DNA of 57,764 nucleotides, counting the filler, from Sphacelaria rigidula (lineage: Eukaryota), in assembly GCA_964200075.2 (NCBI GenBank). It is 7 parts of 7 records of this genome, joined end to end, with 100 filler letters (N's around TTAATTAATTAA, not from the genome) between each part and the next. Parts side by side here need not be neighbours in the genome. Positions count along the whole stretch, not along the records: positions 1 to 8,167 come from CAXNAA020012058.1; positions 8,268 to 16,434 come from CAXNAA020012059.1; 5 more parts are not named here. One strand, 5' to 3'. Positions 1 through 11,649 of this stretch are shown here, one piece after another. The first letter of the stretch is position 1. Each line of letters begins with the position of its first letter. The position numbers and the translations under genes are program-made. The notes under the pieces were generated by a model, which worked only from the letters and a program-made list of their open reading frames with translations, was not told the origin of the DNA and did no database searches.

Positions 1-163
1 GGGTTGATCCCTTGAGACCACGGACTCATCCCGAGGAAGGGGAGGGGTTCAAAGTGTGAGGGAAAAAAAAATATATATATATATATATATCACGTGACCA
101 CGATTGAATCCCTGGGGGATCATTTCAAGAGCGACAATCAATCAATCACATAAATTCAATTAC

Positions 164-299
164 CATCACCTCTGACAACGCCTTAAGCTTCTTCTTTCCT
201 CTGGCCGCACGCATGCGACCAGTCACGAGCAACGCAACAGCCTTCTCCTCAGCTGCTTTGAGTTTCTCAAAATGTACAGCCGAAAAACTCTTCACGAAC
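164..299 (-). CDS. RuvC-like resolvase, exon 6 (gene continues beyond the contig end)
   Basis: Acceptor tggcag|, donor ATG|gtaatt. Translates FVKSFSAVHFEKLKAAEEKAVALLVTGRMRAARGKKKLKALSEVM, in phase with exon 5. Confidence 0.7.
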
Positions 300-1670
300 C
301 TGCCATGCAAAACAAATGTTTGGTCAAGGTCACCCTACGCAAAAGGTATTGCGTCAGTATCACCACGCCCCGCGTTCACAGGAAAGGCCTCCATAATTTG
401 GTCGGTATGTCCTGGTGCAGTAAGCAAAAGTTGTTGCATCACGTACTTTTCAGAATATCACCTCTAGCAGCGATTTCGAGTCCTATGTGACCACGGAAGG
501 CGTCCGCATAAGATGCCCAGTACCAATGTACCGCGCAGATATCGGAACGGCTTTTAATGTGAAGACAACAACAACAACAATGGAAAATCCTGCCCTGATG
601 TTACGTTCCTGAGAAGAACAGCACATCTAGCACAATACAGCACATGCCGTTTGACATCGATGGATAGTACCAATTATTCTCACACCCATCACACCAAATA
701 TCAAAGGAAATTCCTGCTGTCCCACTGTATTAACTACACTCCACGGTACCCTGCACTCGCAGTCCGTCTGAGCGTGTGCATGTTGTTTTCACATCATCGC
801 ATCGGATCAGGCACTTCAGGGTATCAGGACCCCACTTCTCTGATATGGCCAACACTATGTAGGGTGAACACCCTAAAAGCAAAAAACGCAGACCCAAGTT
901 CCACCCCTGTACATTTCGGGTTACCAACTTGAAGGTTTCAAAAGCATGAAAAAACCCGAGCTACTCCACCCTTTCAATTTTATTTCGACTGACTCTCGAC
1001 TGACCGGTCGTCGTATATCGAGATATCGACGCGCGGCGGCGCTGAGTGTATGGCTCACACCTGGCATGCCAGTTGTTCAACATGGTGCATGCACGAATTC
1101 ATCTTCAACCCTTTTGGAACTGAACACCTCTACCCTGAAGATCTCGAAGTCACGATGTTCACGCACATGGGGTCGATACTTGCCTCTCCTCGAATCACGA
1201 AATTCAAAAAACTGCGAGATAACCATGCCTAGGCATGAGTGCAAGGTTCGGAGATGCCACCCATGGTTGATCGTTCCTCCTACATGGACACAAGTGTAAC
1301 GCGCGGCAGCGCAAAAAAGTATAACGCACAAAATAATCGGCAGTATACCAAACCCAGCAGTCTCCTTGAAGCGTACAGCCACCATCATCAGCACCCAGCA
1401 ATAGCACGTTCCGCACACTGTACAGTAGCAATGAAAACCGCTGTTTTTCTTTGCGAAGTGTAGTTGCAGATAGCTGTACAGCTGTATAGCTGTACAGCTG
1501 TCGAATTGTACAATATAACTACAAGAGATGGCAAACATGGTGGTGAAGAATTGGCTGACGTAACCACGACCATCCACAACAATGTCGGGCAATGTGAGTC
1601 GGTAATACTACACCCTACCATATCCGTCTCGGGTGAAATTACCTGTCTTTTCTGGACTACTAGCTCTCAC

Positions 1671-1829
1671 CTAGCCTTTGCTGCTTCGTTGTTCGCGACG
1701 GACTTGAGAATATCTTGATGCCACGAGTAACGTGCTACGAGGTATGAGTCCGTCACGTCGTAATTGCCTGACGTGTCCACGTCTGCGGTGTCAGCCTTTA
1801 ACCCGTCCTCCAAAACAGGCCAATCTTGC
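1671..1829 (-). CDS. RuvC-like resolvase, exon 5
   Basis: Acceptor tgtggcag|, donor AG|gtgaga. Translates QDWPVLEDG...GNYDVTDSYLVARYSWHQ...AAKA(R), which contains the C-terminal DxxD motif. Confidence 0.8.
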
Positions 1830-2589
1830 CTGCCACACAAATCACAACGCCACCAACTAAACATGCTCAGAGAGACGACAGATTTGGACGCGCAATGCGC
1901 GTATGTAGTCATGGCATAGCCGTTCAACCTTGAAAATCGAGATTTTCTCAATACCGCGACGACGGTTGCTGCAGATGACCGTTCAGTACAGGATGTACTC
2001 TCTGTCTTCAGTGCTATCCAGAAGGCGTGACTCGACTTGGGGTGAAGTGGCGCCTTCAGTGAGACAGGTCATCCATGCTGCTGCACCGAGCAGTACTTGT
2101 CTCACCTGCGCTGTGTGTGACAGCTCGGCTTACTTCAGACCACCTCGATCAGTCAGTGCCTGTTCACTGTATACTAAACAGGTTTCGCGCATCTCAGCGA
2201 GATCACAATTTTTCACGCTACAGGCGTACATCACAGTCATCATCTACCAGATCACATGACATGACATGACATGACATGACTGGGAAAATGTTGCCAGACT
2301 CCGATCGTGGAACTGCAGCATGACATCACGCCACATCATCGATCATCAGCCAGTTGTGACGGAGGAATGGGTTCGACTCCCGGAAGGTATAAACGTTTAT
2401 TTTACTGGCTTCTGTGGGAAGCGTGAGACCACGAGTTATCAACACAAAGATGGATGAAAGTCGACAGACTCCTCGAGTACCGATGGTCATCATGCAGTGC
2501 CCGATGCTCGATAATAGATCATAGAAAGCAAGGCAAGTCCGCCGAAAAAGATGACCTGATCCCTTTTGGGATAACAAATCCATCCTCCT

Positions 2590-2697
2590 GAGGGGGAGGG
2601 GGGGTTCTCATGATCTTGCGTAGTCTTACGACCATTGACCTCGCATCCCTACAAAGTCGGGACGGAGCACGCCGGGGTTCCGCCGGACCAGGCTAGG
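2590..2697 (-). repeat. Retroelement 3'-end fragment, family B
   Basis: cctggtccggcgg...gggatgcgaggtcaatggtc...gatcatgag followed by a C-rich tail. The same sequence occurs at 21560-21830, 41719-41765 and 42180-42277. Confidence 0.7.
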
Positions 2698-2699
2698 AG

Positions 2700-5420
2700 A
2701 GGCGGGGCGCACTCATTTGTTGCTTGCCTTAGTCATTTGACAATTGAACACGCATCACTTTCGATACGGAGCACCGTACCTACCCCTAGTAGGGGCACCT
2801 CCAAAATTTGGGCGCTCAATAGGTTTCTTTCATACACATTACACAGAAACATTTTCCACGTCGTATCTCCTTCCTGTTCCGCCGTCTGTGACCGCCATCT
2901 CTTTTAGTTTAGACATCGTTTTCTCGCCACCATCTAAAGTATCAAACAATCTCGTGTCAAATTCGTTTAGTGCCCACATTTCCCCCTTCAACACGTCCGG
3001 CTCCTCCTGGTATACTTCACTTAGGGCTAGGGTATTTTCTCAGCTACTCTTGGTTTTTCGAGAATCTAAGCTTTCCTTAGCTGCTGTCATCTGTACGGTT
3101 TCCGGCTGCTTCACCAACTTCGCGTTCCCTTCCCATACGTGTCCTGAATATTCTAGCTTCGGTACAGTCACATCCATCGGAATACAGATCTTAATCCTAG
3201 TGTCGAGGTGCAAGTCTCCTAGGATCACGTCTATCTTGCCTCTCTGCGCCTTGCCTTTTCCTCTTACTTAGTCTATGCGTGCATCTCACAAACAGTTATA
3301 AGCATACCTATGCCAATGTATGTATACTGGTCTGCGATCGGCGATTCCTCTTTCCCCCACTTATATTTAAACTCTACTGAGTTCTCCTCATTTCTGTTGT
3401 ATGCATGTACCGCGCATTTGTTCATGTTCGCTGTTACTCTCCATTTTCCCAGTGTACTCTAGCGCCATCTCTATTTGTTTCTGCAATCCTTCTAGTGTAC
3501 CAGGTATCTGATATTCCCACGAAATCTGTCCCCGAACATGAATCCCTACACCGTGTCTTCCTCTACCTTGATTCGCTGCTTCGCTTCCTCTACTACTCAT
3601 CTCATGTCATTGACAAACAGTGTACCTTGAATAAGGTGGGTAGTAACGTACATCCTTGTGCAGCTCCTTACAAAGAAGCAACGTATTTCGATATTTCCCA
3701 GTCTAGCATCATAGCACTTTTGTCTTATTCTGTGAGCTGGTTCACCATTTTCCACATCTTCCTGTGATGCCTGATTCCCACAACTTTTCAAGAGCCCACT
3801 TCTCCATACTGTGTCATAGGCCTTTCGTACGTCTACTGTAGGAACACAGGACGCTGTTAGCCCCGCATATTTCCTACCGTGAATAATCTCACCTTATGCG
3901 CACACATGGTCTATGCAGCTGCTGCGCTTTGGTCAAAAAAATTCCTGCCCCTCGCTGATTTTTTTTCTTTCTCCAGCATCGTTCCCATTCTATCGTTCAG
4001 AATATTGCAGGATATTTTTGCTACGGTGGTCAGTGGCGTTATTCCTATTCAATTCCCTGGGTCAGTCTTGTCTACGTTCTTGAAAAGGTTTACTCCCACT
4101 CCTTCTCCCCACCTCTTGGGTGTACAGCAGTTCTTGCAGGCTAACATATACACCATAACCGTCATGGCGATCATTCCCTCACCCCCGTAGTTCGTGAATC
4201 AATTCACTATTTCGTTTGTCCCTGCTGCCTTTCTGCTCTCAAGTGTCCCTACACACGCCTTTATTTCCTCTCTACTCTCTCTGCAACTCTTTGAACCATC
4301 TTCCCGCTTTGATGTATCTACACTTGCCTCTGCCCACGCGTTGGTTTATTTTTGGATTCCGCGGCAAACCGCTTGTTAGTTGCTCGTATTCCTAGTTTCC
4401 GGTTGTGCTCTACGAATACTTCTCTCTTCTCCTTCGAATAACTCGCCATTTTGCGAGTTTTTTGCTCGTGGTGCGGCTATTTCCTTCTCTGTCTCCCCTG
4501 TCTGTTTGCCCAGTATCCCTTTCATTCCTACCCATATTTGCTTCATTCTGCCATCGAATCATTTGTTTGACGAACTGCATCTGTTCATCTTCTCTCATTT
4601 TTCTTTTCCACCATATTTTGTGCCTTTCCTCTAGCTATGGCATACTCTTCCCATCCTACCGTATCCTTACGAGGTGTGTATATTGCGTGTGCCTCTCTCC
4701 TTACCCTTGTAGCCTCCTTCACTTACTCCTCCCAACATTCAAGTGATCTGTCATATACTATCAGTTTCTCCCCCACGACTTAACTTTCTGTGGTCTCTAC
4801 CAATTGCTCCCATCCTTCTATAATTTTCGCTCCTGGACGATCCCTGTTCGTTTCGTTCTTAGCTGTACCTACACCTTGCAACAACTCGGGGTATTTTACT
4901 GCATTTTTCACCATCTCTTCTGGGAACTCTTGACTTTATTTTGCTATTAGTCCTAGTTTGTCAATTCTCCACTTGTACAGCTTCCTACCCCACCTATCGT
5001 TCATAGGTTTTGTCGGTTGGCTGTCTGTCCACATTGAGCAGTAACTCGTAGTTCCTACGTCCGCTGCGCATACGTGTATTTTCGTTTCCTTACTTCTTCC
5101 ATTTTTGTGTAGTCAAGAATGGAGCTGTCTCTCTTATGTTTGCATGCCTTGTCCATTCTGGTTCTCATCTTTTCACTCTACTGTTCAACGTCATGTCGTT
5201 GTTCCCAAGGAACTTTAACATTCTACCCCATTCGCATTCTTCGTTTCCCCATATTGCCCCATGTTATCATTCGGTTGGCTTGCTTCTCCAACTCCTTGCA
5301 TCAAAATCCTCCACTATCATTACTTGACCTTGCCTTTTATACTCGTCTTCATCTGCTGCTATCTCCCCGAGCTTCCTCTGTATATATTTTACCGTGCTCT
5401 TCGACCCTTGGAGCACACGG
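2700..5420 (-). mobile_element. Degenerate 5'-truncated LINE (APE endonuclease + RT) inside intron 4 of the RuvC-like gene
   Basis: Frameshifted remnants on the minus strand: VMIVEDFDAR (GDFNAR-like EN motif, ~5300), GAAQGCTLLPTLF (RT, ~3640), PKLEYSGHVWEGN (~3150) and C-terminal ...KASNK* (~2715). Confidence 0.85.
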
Positions 5421-5502
5421 GTGTTTCCCATGAAGCCCGGGGGCGGTGGATAAAAGCACGACGGAAAATGACGGCATTACTCGGGATGCACGAGTGGCGT
5501 AC

Positions 5503-5576
5503 CTTGACTGCAGTCCTGCTTTTTCATTGGCCAGCGCGAAATCGTATACGATCTCCTTCATGTCTTTTCCCTCCGG
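5503..5576 (-). CDS. RuvC-like resolvase, exon 4
   Basis: Acceptor gccgcag|, donor AG|gtacgc. Translates PEGKDMKEIVYDFALANEKAGLQS(R). Phases fit both neighbours. Confidence 0.8.
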
Positions 5577-5950
5577 CTGCGGCAGCAATACGCAGCATCA
5601 ACGCAGGCACGAGAATCAAGGACACTCAGGGTAAGGAGGGATACACCGCACCGCAGTCAAGGTACATTGTTGACGCTTTCAGGGCGCTTCCGTGCGACGC
5701 AAGCATTTGACGACACAGACACAACGAAACACATTTTCGGAGGGCCAAAGTCCTTGACCGACTCACCACTAATCACTCACCACTAACCACTAATGACAAA
5801 CGACTAAAGTGGAAGGTACGACAAAGAGATGAACATCACCACGCGCCTAGTAGTCACTGAAGGCGACAGCACACTGGCGGCAACTAACAAGTTACCGTAG
5901 CGCTACGCTGCGCTGGACTGTACTGGCCAATGAGCACGCGGTGTCCTTGC

Positions 5951-6022
5951 CTTGTTGGAGAGGAGACCATAAAACGATCTAGCTCTCGAAGGGTGGAACG
6001 ACTCGGCTTTGGCTCCCAAATG
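5951..6022 (-). CDS. RuvC-like resolvase, exon 3
   Basis: Acceptor gctatag|, phase 0. Translates HLGAKAESFHPSRARSFYGLLSNK. Probable GC donor AAG|gcaagg. Confidence 0.75.
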
Positions 6023-6381
6023 CTATAGCAACAAAGAGAGCAGCACAACAACACACCCGGGTGGACAAGCAACAGCACGGTTGTAGGCGTATTGGACACA
6101 TCATGACATTTTGCAAAGATGCAATGGCCGCATGCTGAAGGGTATGGCAAATAGCTGTACAGTAGACTCCGATAATACGAAATGTCAAGCGCAGAAAAGC
6201 CAGCAGTAATCGCCAGGATCACGATCACGCCGCAGGAACAAGGCTAGAGACAGACGTTGCGTCGTTTACTTTTTAATATGGTACCGCTTCAGAGCACGCT
6301 ACACCTTCCCAGCATTCAGTTCCCCGGAATCTTGCCAATTCTACAGAACGCACGAGCACCCCCCAAATAAGTGCAACCAAC

Positions 6382-6599
6382 CTGCTGGCAAGCGTACTTG
6401 ACGATGCCGTTGAGCTGTGCCAGCGCAAATATGGACCTGGCATTCGATTTTCCCGGAAGAAACCTTCGCATGAAATCTTCAACCCCTACCACCCACACAG
6501 GATCCCTTGGGCTGGTCTCTCCCTCGCCACCGCCTCCGCTTTCTCCTCGGTCTTGATTTTGCCCTTCATCCGCCCTCCACTCCGCCTCCTGCGCACGCC
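6382..6599 (-). CDS. RuvC-like resolvase, exon 2
   Basis: Acceptor tttgcag|, donor CAG|gttggt. Translates ...VWVVGVEDFMRRFLPGKSNARSIFALAQLNGIVKYACQQ (catalytic Glu plus the following helix). Confidence 0.85.
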
Positions 6600-6851
6600 C
6601 TGCAAACAAGTGGCGATATCATCAATCACAAAACAGGGTACATACACTTCTGACGGGAAAGTGATGTATGAAGGGCTAGGCACATCTAGTTCTCAGCAAG
6701 GAAAGTCAAGTCCTGTGCGCAAATCCGATATGGAACGACGCCAGTATACCGCGACGTACCGGCAGAATGTGGCGTACAGTAATTCTGGGTGAACAATGAC
6801 CTGCACTCCCACGAACAACCATCGAAATCATGAGCCGAGCAACGCAATGAC

Positions 6852-6902
6852 GGAGCAACCGAGCAACCGAGCAACCGAGCAACCGAGCAACCGAGCAACC
6901 GA
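6852..6902 (+). repeat. 8-bp tandem repeat (GAGCAACC)x6, intronic
   Basis: Directly visible. Confidence 0.9.
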
Positions 6903-6932
6903 TCACCAGCAGATGAGTAAATTGTGGCGAAC

Positions 6933-7350
6933 CTGCTAGCGCTAGCGCAGGGGCAGCCCCGCCGTCCTCACGGCGACTGCCGCATCGACTGGCCACTTCC
7001 CTCAGCCTCTGTTCGATTATTATGCCGACATCCACCACGTCTTTCTTGTCCTTGGCCCTCTTGCCAGACCCCACGATGCATCCCCACTCTACTACGCTAG
7101 CCCCCAACCTCCCCCGCAGTAACGCCTCTTCGCCTGTACAACTACTAGAATCACTTGAGACGGCCGTTCCTGGTGACAGTACGGTGTAACCCGTGCTGTG
7201 AGTGCTGATGTCCAATCCCAGATAGAGGTTATGTGCCCTCGCTTCGGCTTCCCGAAGGACTAATTTCTCGATGTCGCACTCGTTCTCCAGGATGTTCACG
7301 TTAGACTCCAGCAAGCTTCGCGTCGAATTCGCCATCAGTTTTACCATCAT
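6933..7350 (-). CDS. RuvC-like Holliday junction resolvase, exon 1 (5' start uncertain)
   Basis: Translates ...LYLGLDISTHSTGYTVL..., the RNase H/RuvC beta1 catalytic Asp motif. First in-frame ATG at 7350. Donor GCAG|gttcgc is phase 1 and matches the next exon. Confidence 0.8.
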
Positions 7351-8167
7351 CAGCAGTACCAGCACGAGTAGATCAAGATCATTTCATGAATATTGCAGCA
7401 TTTGCAAACGTTACAGCATGGGATAGGAGACGGAATGGGCACGGAAAAGGGCAGGGGGGTTATATGGTGCTTAACCACCCTTACGGTTTTTCGACAGTCT
7501 TGACGACTACTCGAGACCACCACCGTAGAGCTAGGTGAGCAGACCTAAAACGCCCGCAGGACCCCTCGAGTCGCCTGGCGGAATGGCCAGCGCTGTCTCT
7601 ACCGTCATTGCTGTAACGGCGACCCAACGACACTCGGCGCCCCGTTTACAAGGTGGAGGAGGGGGGTGTAAACGGGAGATTCGGTCACTGTTGTGGTAGG
7701 TAGTGGGTAATTAAACGTCGAAATTCTGAAGAAAAAAACTGAAAAATCAACGCAACTCCAAATATATTACCAAAACATCACCAAAACATTACCACAACAT
7801 TCCCAAAACATTACCGAAAAGTTTCCGAATATTCCCAAAATATGAACAATTTCGTTCTAAAATTCTTAGTAACTATGACTTCCGATTATTTTGTCCTTTG
7901 AGCATCTCTCCATAACAGTATCGTTTCATTGAACTCAAGAATAGCATTGTAGGTACCTTCGTTGAGGAGATATGATCTGTACCCCATAATTGTCTTTACT
8001 TACAGGGCAGGAAGTATATGCGAACGATCTCTCGCGTGGCATGCAGTTAGCAAATACACAACACAGGGCATGTCCAGTACAGGGCCACTTCTTTTGACTA
8101 CAATGATATCATTATTATTATTATATCCATCACATTAGCTCGATCTCTCGAACCCGTGGTCACAGAG

Positions 8168-8267
8168 NNNNNNNNNNNNNNNNNNNNNNNNNNNNNNNNN
8201 NNNNNNNNNNNTTAATTAATTAANNNNNNNNNNNNNNNNNNNNNNNNNNNNNNNNNNNNNNNNNNNN
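8168..8267. other. Artificial contig linker N-TTAATTAATTAA-N (also at 16435-16534, 24702-24801, 32968-33067, 41234-41333, 49500-49599)
   Basis: Six identical 100-bp linkers whose core gives a stop codon in all six frames. Confidence 0.97.
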
Positions 8268-8409
8268 GGGGGGGGCAGCAAACGTGTTTCATTGCAACTC
8301 GGTCACATCCGTCGAACACCATATGTTTGCGACAATCATGTCGAAACTACTCCCACTTGGTTGGGTAGCTCTGAACAAACAAAAAGCTTAGAGCTCTGCA
8401 AACGTGTTC

Positions 8410-9270
8410 GTCGAGTTCGGCGTTGCCAAACACGGAGAAGAATGCTCAACTTTGTTCCGAAATCCGGGGATAGGCCAATTTATTCCCCGAATTGCCTCTT
8501 TTCCCTCTTTGGTGCCAGAAAGTGATGCATTGTGAGGCATTGTGATGCATTGCGATGCGTAAAGGTTTGTGCCGGAGAAAAATATCTGGAACGTCCTGGC
8601 TCTAGGTGTTCCATTTTCGCAGCATTTTATCGATTTCTGGTGATTAGGGGGCATCACTCAACGTGCGTCATAGTACCTTAATCGTGAGGCATGAACACCA
8701 GATTTTGGGACATTACCGTCAAAACGTATCTCGATGGGTCAATAAAGCAGAAAAAGAAAAAAACGTTTTCGTCGAGTACGGCTTTGCCAAACACAGAATT
8801 AATGGCGAAACATGTTCAGAAAAATAGGGGATAGGCCATTTTCATCTCCGCTTTTTTGTTCTGCAAAACGGACTGCAGTAGTGTCATAAACATTTGTACC
8901 AAAAGTAGAGGCCTGAAACGTCCCAGGTGTTCCATTTTCGTAGTCATTATCAAGTTCTGGTGAAAAATGAATGATTAGAGGGCACCACTCAACGTGCGTG
9001 ATAGAGTACCTTAATCACAACCGATGAGCACCAAATTTTGAGAGATTACCATCCAAACGTATTTCAACGAGTTGAAAAAGAAAAAAAGGAAAAATTATAA
9101 GTTTTTGTCGAATACGGCGTCGCCAAACACCGACTTAATGGCGAAATTTGCTCCGAGAAGCGGGGGATGGGCGATTTTCATCCCCGAATTATTTTTTTCC
9201 CCCCCTTTTTTTTAAACGGACCGCACTAATCTCATCAACATTTGTACCGAAGGAGAAGGTCTGAGACGTC
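8410..9270 (+). repeat. Diverged ~350-bp tandem repeat, about 2.5 copies
   Basis: cggc(g/t)t(t/c)gccaaacac recurs at ~8419, 8778 and 9115. cactcaacgtgcgt recurs at ~8655 and 8985. Confidence 0.75.
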
Positions 9271-9561
9271 TAAGGTCGCGAGAATTGTACCGTAATTGAA
9301 ACAGGGGGTGTTTTGGCCGCATTTTTACGTCAATAGAGCCATACTCCACATCTACTCCTGCAACGTGGTTTGATTATTTTTCAATTTTGAAAAGCTTGGG
9401 TAATCGAGGACTAAGTTGTCTTTCTCCGGATAATCTGGTCATTGTTCTACGTGTCGTGGCTCCCACGAACCATAGTTTTCCCCGTCAGGTGCCTGAAGCG
9501 TACCTTAATTGGTACATTCACCTCCAATACACAGGTGTTAAGGGGAAAGGTACGTGCTACA

Positions 9562-9952
9562 TGTTACGGGTGTGGTGAATCTGCGTATTTTCGCTGTAGA
9601 CGCCCTGAACGGATCTGAGCGGTATGTGAGGGTAAGGGCCACGGAAAAGTTGCTCAACAGTTCCACAATACTTTCGTTGGAGGGATTTCGAGACTGTTGA
9701 CGGCGTATTCATTGTGAGAGAAACTGCGGACGGGGAGTTCAGTGCTCGGCAATCACGGGTTGGGGTGAATGCCCTGAGGTGAATGACGGCCAGAGAAAAG
9801 TACGGATAGCTCACAGTGTAATAAATACATGATGCCATGTGACCCTCTCGAACGACAAGATGCACGAGTATGAGACTTGCGCTAGTTCAACCTTCCCGGT
9901 TGCAAGTAGTCATGAGATACCTATTCTAGGCTTCGGTGAAATATTGGTAACA
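9562..9952. repeat. Possible solo LTR (TGTTAC...GTAACA)
   Basis: 6-bp inverted termini with TG...CA. No target-site duplication seen. Confidence 0.35.
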
Positions 9953-9959
9953 ACGGTAG

Positions 9960-11197
9960 GAAATATCCGGGCGAAAGAGTGACGGAGAAGAGTGATCTAG
10001 ATGGAGATGGGGAGGCAGAACCCATGTCCGATGACGGCGACGGCATCAGCACAGGACAGCCGCCAGCATCGCCTGTGCCGTCTGCTTGGACTGGATCGTC
10101 ATCATCGACATCCGCTCACGAGTCGTCAGGAACGCCCTCTATCGGCAGCATGGACACCACGAAGCCACCGGATTCAGTTGAGCCGACGCTGGGACGTGAG
10201 AGATTGTAGACACGAGTCCAACAGCAGGGAAGGGACTCGTGTGTTCCCGATCTTGAACAAAGTTGAGGAACGGGGGGAAGATACCGAGAGGCGGTGGAAT
10301 AGTTGTGTGGCTCTCGAACAACACGCATCCGGACATCGCCGATGCCGTGCCAGCTGCGTCTAGACACAACGAGAACCCGACTTCCGAGGACTGGCGAAAA
10401 TTGTTGCGGATATTCAAGTACCCCAACAATACTGTAGATTTGGGCATCCCGTATGTCAGAGGCTCGACCGAGGAGATCTCATACCTCAACACCGATTGCG
10501 CGAAATTCGACGATAGACGGTCAGTTTCGGGTGGTGCAATATTTTATCGTGGAGCTGTCGTCGGGTTTTACTTAAGGACTCAGAAGAATGTTTCGCTTTG
10601 CAGACCGAGTACGTAGCCATGCGGAATGTGGTGGAGGATACGCGTTTTGTCAAGGCGGTGCTTCAATTCGTGCGACCGCAGCAAGAGATATGTGTTCCGT
10701 TGACAGTGTAAGATAATTGTCAAGGGGCATTTAGCTCGCCAATAGTCCGCGAAGCTCACACAACAGCAAGCACATGGATACACGCCATCATTTCTGAGGA
10801 AGTTGGTGTCTGACGAATCATTCAAGTGGAGTACGGGTGAGATTACAGTTTGTGTGAAACGCCATGTTGTTGTTAACGCATATCGTTGTCGGCGTTAGAG
10901 TTCCCGATGCGCAAAATTAGAGAGGGTATAATATATTGTTACGATATTGTAGGAATAGGGCACGGGAAATGGAGAGTCGCGTACGCGTATAAGGAATCCT
11001 GTTCTTTGAAGGTACAATATAAGGTACATACAGTACGGCTGGATAATTGAGGGAGGTTCTCTGTAATTGGGGGACTAACATATCGACAACTACGCTGGGT
11101 TTAATAATCAAGGATGAAGCCGAACTACTTTGTTTTGAGTGACTACCGGTTCCGTAGTTGGTGCTATACGAGTCACCTTGTAGGTATAAGTCAAACA
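9960..11197 (+). mobile_element. Ty1/Copia LTR retrotransposon remnant (RT C-terminus, RNase H, PPT, probable 3' LTR 10937-11197)
   Basis: NNTHPDIADAV...WRKLLRIFKY...DDRRSVSGGAIF...RTQKNVSL, then frameshifted EYVAMAEC and KHMDTRHHFLR. Purine tract agagaggg at ~10918, followed by TGTTAC. Confidence 0.85.
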
Positions 11198-11649
11198 GTC
11201 GGTGCTGTTTGGACCGGAGTGCCTAAAGCTTGAGACACGCTAGCGCCTGTTCATAGCTAGGCTAAAACGTGAGAAGGATTTACCGCGAGTGGTAGTGAGG
11301 GTAATGAATCCCAAGCAGAGATGGGCTTGGGTGGAGAGCAGGATGCTTCTACCCATCCTGCTTTGGTTCCACAGAAGCAGTACACCAGACTTCTGGGATA
11401 CCAGGCCGCTGTACAGTCCGTTGTCGACAGCTGCATTCTCTCTGCAATCTTCACCTGTACTTGCAAGTAGTTTGTAACTATCTACTGCAGCTTGTATATT
11501 ATGTGCATGCACGCACTGCAAGTATCTCCTCCAACCATGTACAGATATCTGTATTTTTCGTACAGCGATACTGGCTACGTTGTACTGTTGCTGCATCGTA
11601 AACAGTGTGTAATGCCTGTGCTGTGACAGTCTCATTCCGTTTCGATATT

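Noticed and set aside
815-872. Extra exon of the RuvC-like gene
   Set aside because: In the phase required by exon 5 it hits TGA. Exons 5 and 6 join in frame without it.
164-7350. Fanzor/TnpB RNA-guided nuclease reading of the RuvC motifs
   Set aside because: The RuvC fold is contiguous and N-terminal with a DxxD end. There is no zinc finger, no RDxNAAxN motif, no WED/REC region and no transposon ends.
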